Shown: piece after piece, positions 58,509-64,000 of the stretch
How positions within the stretch are numbered: position 1 is the first letter of the stretch
Layout of the letters: each line of letters starts with the position of its first letter
From: a virus
Virus record (IMG/VR): IMGVR_UViG_3300024307_000003
Span: 29,687-93,686 of that record
DNA: 64,000 nucleotides
Direction: 5' to 3' (one strand)
Notes under the pieces: generated by a model
Seen by the model: only the letters and a program-made list of their open reading frames with translations
Database searches by the model: none
What the model was told of the DNA's origin: nothing
Position numbers and translations under genes: made by a program

Positions 58509-59468
58509 CTATATACTTGACAAAATATGTGATATGACATCCACGGTCCAACCGTTCCCCAGCATCTTATATCGTTGAGAATCGGACACACAAGCAGTGT
58601 AATTGTCAGGAATGGTTTGCAATCTCTCGCACTCAATTGGTGTTAATTTTCTCACCACTCCCTCGCGTAGTAGGAGATTGTTGGCAGGCCATGACGATGT
58701 GGTTAAAGATGGAACCTTCCCATCAATAGCACGTATTCCACCAGCGTTCCCTCCATGTGGCCACTGTAGAATGTATGTACAATTCCATGACAGTTCGGCC
58801 CGAACCGTCAAACATTTTGCTTTCGTTGGATTGAATGCAACATATCCTCCCCTCTCTTTAACTTCTCCGAATTTTTGCAACCAAGACAATCTACCACCCT
58901 TTACATAGTATTTGTCGTCTACTGCGGGTTGGAGAATATCTTGCAATACCAACCCTCTGTCGCTTGGTTGTGTAACAGCAACATTGGACCAATACAATCT
59001 ATACCTATTTTGCGCTGATACAAGGTTAGAGTTTATGACAACAGGCACAACCCCTAGCCGTTTTGTAATTATATCCTTATACTCTTGTTTCATTTTGACA
59101 TTTTCTAGTAACCAATATCTGGGGTTTGTCTCGTTTTTAAGTCTTTCAAACTCAAAGTACAACGCACTTCTGGGATCGTCAAAAGCTAACCCTTTACCGG
59201 CAGTTGAAAATCCTTGGCAGGGTGATCCTGCCAATAAAATGTCCACTTTGCCAATGTATGTCTCGCCATCTTCATAATACAACGTACCATTTTCATACCT
59301 AATCTTTGTCACATCTCCAATATGGGTTATATCTTTCCAGTTGTGCTTGCTTGCTTTAATAGCCCACTTGTCAATCTCTGAAGCAAAATACCGTGTTACA
59401 GGAATTCCTGCTCTTTCTAAGGCAATCCTTCCACAACTCATACCATCAAATAAACTCAGTACAATCAT
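58509..59468 (-). CDS. DNA (cytosine-5) methyltransferase
   Basis: SLFDGM, GSPCQGFS, ENV, Q.R.R, R.LTP.ECERLQ, LGNGW. Confidence 0.93.
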   Translation of the reverse strand: MIVLSLFDGMSCGRIALERAGIPVTRYFASEIDKWAIKASKHNWKDITHIGDVTKIRYENGTLYYEDGETYIGKVDILLAGSPCQGFSTAGKGLAFDDPRSALYFEFERLKNETNPRYWLLENVKMKQEYKDIITKRLGVVPVVINSNLVSAQNRYRLYWSNVAVTQPSDRGLVLQDILQPAVDDKYYVKGGRLSWLQKFGEVKERGGYVAFNPTKAKCLTVRAELSWNCTYILQWPHGGNAGGIRAIDGKVPSLTTSSWPANNLLLREGVVRKLTPIECERLQTIPDNYTACVSDSQRYKMLGNGWTVDVISHILSSI

Positions 59469-59469
59469 T

Positions 59470-60535
59470 AACTCCTCCTATTCAAAGCTCCGACCATTCA
59501 GAGCCACGATAACCCAAAGCTTCGTATCTGTCAAGGGAGCATAATGTAATCCTAACGAATCTCTTCCCTGCTACCTCCTCCCCTCCTACATACCTCCCTT
59601 GCTATATCAATCATAGCTTAGAAATATCCATATAAGAAATATCCTTTGGTGTATACGAAGCCACGTATCTAACAAAGCTTTGTATGTCCGTAGCCACGAA
59701 TACAACGAACAGCATAGCTCTACGTAAGAGCTTTGAATCAGCTATGCGCCTAAGCAGGACAGACCGTATTCGGAGAATATGTGTCTGGACTAAGACAGAC
59801 CAGCTCCTGTGGAGATGTGTCTGGCCCCCCACCCCTGCCCCGTACCTTACCTAGCTAGCTTTTTGGAAATATCCAATAGGCCCTACGGACCTCTTGTTTC
59901 CAATCGTAGCCTTGCTACGGCTGGCCTATGCCATGCCCCTACCTTGTGCCAGCGCTCTTTGCCTTGTGCTGGATACAAAGCCTATACCCTGATTTCCAGC
60001 ATACAAAGCTTTGTACTATTCGTGGCTCTGTATAGTACATGGCAAGGTATATGCAATAGCAATGAATATGCCAATACTAAGGATAGATATAGCTATGTAT
60101 AGCTTTAGCTATGTTACTCACTAGTAAGGTAATGCAACAAAGTGGTGCATGGGGTGGCCTGATAAATCAGTCCCCAATAGACATAATCTATGTGAATATA
60201 CATAGCCTTGACTATTCATAGCAATGATACATACAAAGCCACGTCTGATACAAAGCCACGTATGGTACATAGCCTTGAATAGTGCGTTGATTTATATAGA
60301 TTATTAGGCGTTTTGGTGGATACTTATTAGGTGGGATAAGACAAGACAAAACGCCATGTAAGAATACACAAGACTATTGTTTTGTTTACAGGGTTAAAGG
60401 TAAGAAAGGGAGCATTAGGTTTGCATTACCGATGCCCGTAGGACTGCATAGGAAGGGCTACAGGGAGCGTTTATTAGCTCCCTATAGGGTAGGATAGGGG
60501 AGGGATTAGAAAGGGATTAAAGGGCCTTATCGGAC
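59470..60535. repeat. Non-coding repeat and hairpin region (ATACAAAGCCACGT family, GAAATATCC x3, tandem 31-bp hairpins)
   Basis: Motif copies near 59653, 59973, 60001, 60231, 60248; inverted copy near 60019. Confidence 0.65.
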
Positions 60536-60538
60536 CCT

Positions 60539-63500
60539 TTATATTTCATCCCACTTACAAATAACTTGGCCTTTGTAGGTTAGATTCCCGTTAAAATCAA
60601 TTTTCAGCGCCTTAAAGCGCATACTTTTTCCGTCGTGAATTTTTACTACTCCATTAGGTAGAATCCTTTCAGCGTCCTCTTTGTATCCAGTTAGGGAACA
60701 CACTTTCAACGCGAAGGAAACGCCATTGATAGAACCTGTAGCGTGCATCCACCACAAACATGTCTCGGTATCTTGCACATAAGTGGTAATGGCTGGTAAG
60801 AATTTACCTTTTTCCTTTTTGGCCTTGCCACCTACCTTAGTTATACAGGTATAACCATACACTTTGCCGTTATGAAAGTAAGGGCAAGTGACTTGCTCAC
60901 CACACAAAGCACAAGTGTAAAAAATTGCCTTGTTTGCCATTCTACTATCCTCGGGTTATTTCGTTTCAGTAGGAACAGAATAGACTAATGCCGAACCCCT
61001 TTGCAAGCGAATTCGGCATTTTATTTTATGTATTTCATCTAACGTTATTAGGCTTACATAAAATGCTCCTTTGTTGATTAGGCTAGGATAGGGGAATTAT
61101 TAAGGGGCCATTCAGGCCCCTTTGTTTAAGCTACTTTGATCCATTTAAAGGTTATGCTTCTTGCCGCATTCTACGTGGTATTTGTTCGGAACCTTCGCTA
61201 CCGTCCTGTCACACGCATCTGTGAAAATTTCAGCCAGCGCGCCGTCCTCGACATAGGCCCATGACCTGCATTTGTCGTCGTCCCTTACTAAAACGACGTG
61301 CAACTCTTCCCCTACAGGTACGTTAAAGGATTTAACAAAATTCAAGCAATCTGCGTAAGATTCCTGATGGTAGTGTTCCAATACTTCATCATCGCAGACG
61401 CGTTCCACGTCCCATTCGTGTACTGTTTTCATACCTTTCTACCTTTGGTTGTTTTGTTGTTGTGGGTTAAGGGCGCTGTACGTCATGTGCTTTCGTTTGG
61501 TCTGGCGTTTCCTATGTCCCGCCGCCTTTGCCATCGTTGCCCTAGGCCACAAACCAAGAATAGAGAAAGCCACCTGTGATTGCAAGTGGCTTTTTATAAT
61601 TTATAGTTTTAAACTGTTGTATCCATTATACCAGCCGTGCCAGTAGGCTGTTTTTGCCCACTTAGGCCAGCCTGATGATTCTGACCACTTGAGCCTAAGC
61701 GGTAATCCCTGTTTGGCTTCTGATTGACCAAGCCAATAGAAATACCGCTTTCCTGATAGCTTTTTCATTTGGTTACACTCCGCCTATAGCTTTATTAAAT
61801 ACTGTTGTTATTGCTCATTTGGTCATGATAACCCTTGAACACTTGCTTTAGTGCCCAATTAGGGAATCTGAGGGTTAACCCTTAATCAGCGTAAATAACG
61901 ATTGATATATTCAATAGCTTGTTGTGTATTGATCGGAAAACTACTAATTTCGTTAGGCATTGCCCCTGTTATAATGAGGGCGTTTTGTAGTTCCCGTAGC
62001 TCTACGCTGTACAACTCTGCCGCATAACGTAAGTATGTTTTTGCAGTAATATAGCCTCTAGCCTGTTCCTTTTTTTGCCATGATTTGCCACTCCCAAACC
62101 AATTAATCCCGGCAAGAGCAATAGCCTTTCCTTTGTCCCTGTAATAGGCTTTTGTGTGCATTATGCTTTTCCCTGAATGATCAAGTCGATTGATTGAATG
62201 ATTTTTGTTCGTTGATCAGTCCAATATGTTGCAGCATCATATTCCTGATCATGTGCAAGGTATTCAGCCCTTGTTTTGAGTTTAACAGCTAGAGCCATAA
62301 GGCAAACAATCCTTACCGCGTCACAATACATAGCCTTAATCCTTTCTGTATTCGATTGTGGGAGGCTTTCGCCTCCCTCCCTTGAGTAGCCTTAGCCTAC
62401 CAGATAAGCGGCTTTGCCAGACCATACAGGCTTTAATGCTGCCAGTTTGGCAGCCAAGGGAGCCGCCTTGCGGCTTTCCATCCTGTTTTCACTGATAGCT
62501 TTGCAAGCGCAAGCCGCGCCCAAACGAAAACGAAAAGATCCTTTCATGCTCATAACCTTTTGCATTGTCTGAGTTGCTTTCATTGTCTTGATTCTCGCTT
62601 GTTGGTTTTCAATTATGCCCTGAATCAATAATAGCAGGGCACAACAGAAAAGCAACTAGATTTTATTCAATCCCGTAAAATAGTTTAAACATAGCAAGAT
62701 TTAAATAGTGTTCCTTTGTGATCTTACCTGTATTGAAATCAGACTTAAAGACCACTATTGAACAATTGGGCATTCGTGTGATAGTTATATCACCGCTTTC
62801 AATTGGGATTAGTAATTCCGCAAAACCCTGAACACTGCTAGCAGCCACTTGCATATTATAGAAAGTGGTAGCTTCTGTTTTGTTCAAGATATTGCATACT
62901 GGCAAGTTCCACTTTTGATTGTTCATTTGTTTAGCCTCTTGCCTGAATGCGCTTATCTTTTTCCAGTATGTCACCAACAGACGCAACAATATAACGACCA
63001 TCATACAAACATAGAGTTGGAGTATACATTTCCCCGGTATTGCAGTATTCCAACCAAGGCCAGACTGAGCTACCCTCGAATACGGCTTCTGTACCGAACA
63101 ACTCTAGCAGCTCATTAGCTGCAAACATTCTTATCTCAGATTCAGACGGACGATGATAACATTGTCTAATCAATCTGTTAGTATCAGGGAACTTTTCCGG
63201 CATATCATCAGGGATAACCTCCCCGGAAAGAACAGATCGCAAGAGTTTAGCGTCTTCTTTCGTCAAATCACGAAAGGCAGCACAAAAGGTTTTAATTGAA
63301 GGCAAGCGCATTTGTCAATCCTCGAATGTATGGCGTTGTTTGCGTTCTTTCCTTTGTGTATATTCTTTTTTCCTTTCTTTCTTGTCAATCCTTTTTCCGT
63401 CTACACTGGCGCTAAATTCTTTATTGATTTTAGCCTTGACAATCTTTTGTTTTCCTGTATTGCTTTGCATTTTGTTTTTCCTGTTAGCCGATGGAATAAT

Positions 63501-63915
63501 AAACTTTCTGTGTTTCTGGCACATAAAAGATATTGCCGGAATATGTCCCTTCTTGCTGTCCCTGTTCGGAGGCTTCCCAGTCGATTTCTGACCAATGATC
63601 ATTATCCAAACCAGCATCCCGAATATCGCCGCTGATAAACTGAATCAATAAGGCAATCAATTCTTGATCATTCCAGCCTGCTATTTCATCTTTTTCCCAT
63701 GCACCAAACTGGCCAAACCAATAACGCAAAACGTCCCTACATTCTGTGCCATTGTAGGCTTTTGTGTCAAGCCAATAAAGGTAATTTTCTGCCTCTTTTT
63801 TGGCATTGTTCCATGTAATAGTTCCAGCATTGTCGCCCATTTCAAAACAACTAGCCGAAAAGTTGTAGGGCTCTTCTGTTTGGAAAAAATCTGTAATGTC
63901 AAGTTCTAACATTGT
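60539..63915 (-). CDS. Early-type small genes (60539-60940 Zn-finger-like, 61145-61432, 61601-61768, 61886-62161, 62392-62583, 62663-62926, 62931-63311, 63484-63915)
   Basis: Co-oriented ORFs separated by promoter-like and terminator hairpins (e.g. ~61101-61123, ~61566-61593, ~62359-62378). Confidence 0.6.
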
Positions 63916-64000
63916 TATTGCCTCTTTTTGTCGGCACATATCCACAATAATCAGGGGAATTAACCAAACGAGTTATCAAACGTTTCGCACCCAAAAAAGT

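Noticed and set aside
59600-60300. CRISPR array
   Set aside because: Repeats are short, degenerate and irregularly spaced, with no cas genes
63312-63635. Overlapping K-rich and F-rich ORFs
   Set aside because: Products of an A/T-tract intergenic promoter region and overlap with the 63484-63915 gene
1-64000. Stop-codon reassignment, diversity-generating retroelement, integrase
   Set aside because: Genes read intact in the standard code; no reverse transcriptase, TR/VR pair or recombinase seen in this window

Overview
This 64-kb window is part of a lytic myovirus genome with a Felix O1/PAK_P1/rV5-type gene order. The host is probably a Gram-negative proteobacterium, judged from the sigma70 promoters and an outer-membrane beta-barrel gene. 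(1) 1-30.5 kb, minus strand: virion morphogenesis genes (baseplate, spike, hub, tape measure, tail chaperone with a -1 frameshift, tube, sheath, neck, major capsid, decoration, S49 protease, portal). The terminase is split in its Walker A motif by a group I intron that carries an HNH endonuclease. Three unusual appendage modules lie in this arm: a baseplate protein fused to ~18-aa repeats and LamG domains, an 8-gene cassette between capsid and neck, and a collagen cassette. (2) 30.5-32.5 kb: a transcription unit bounded by a promoter and terminators, with 4 tRNAs, a 126-nt tRNA-like RNA and a dense array of unexplained structured RNAs. (3) 33.7-55.8 kb, mostly plus strand: nucleotide metabolism and accessory genes (dNMP kinase, MazG-like, ThyX, class II RNR, GH108 endolysin, PhoH, macrodomain, nucleotidyltransferase, DNA ligase, exported envelope proteins) and an aberrant tRNA with an Ala-type acceptor and Thr anticodon. 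(4) 55.8-64 kb, minus strand: small genes, a C5 DNA methyltransferase, a repeat- and hairpin-rich non-coding kilobase (candidate genome end), and early-type genes. The best candidates for undescribed biology are the ncRNA array around the tRNAs and a putative repeat-templated 'bead-on-string' fibre system. All family calls are from motif recognition by eye; no searches were run.
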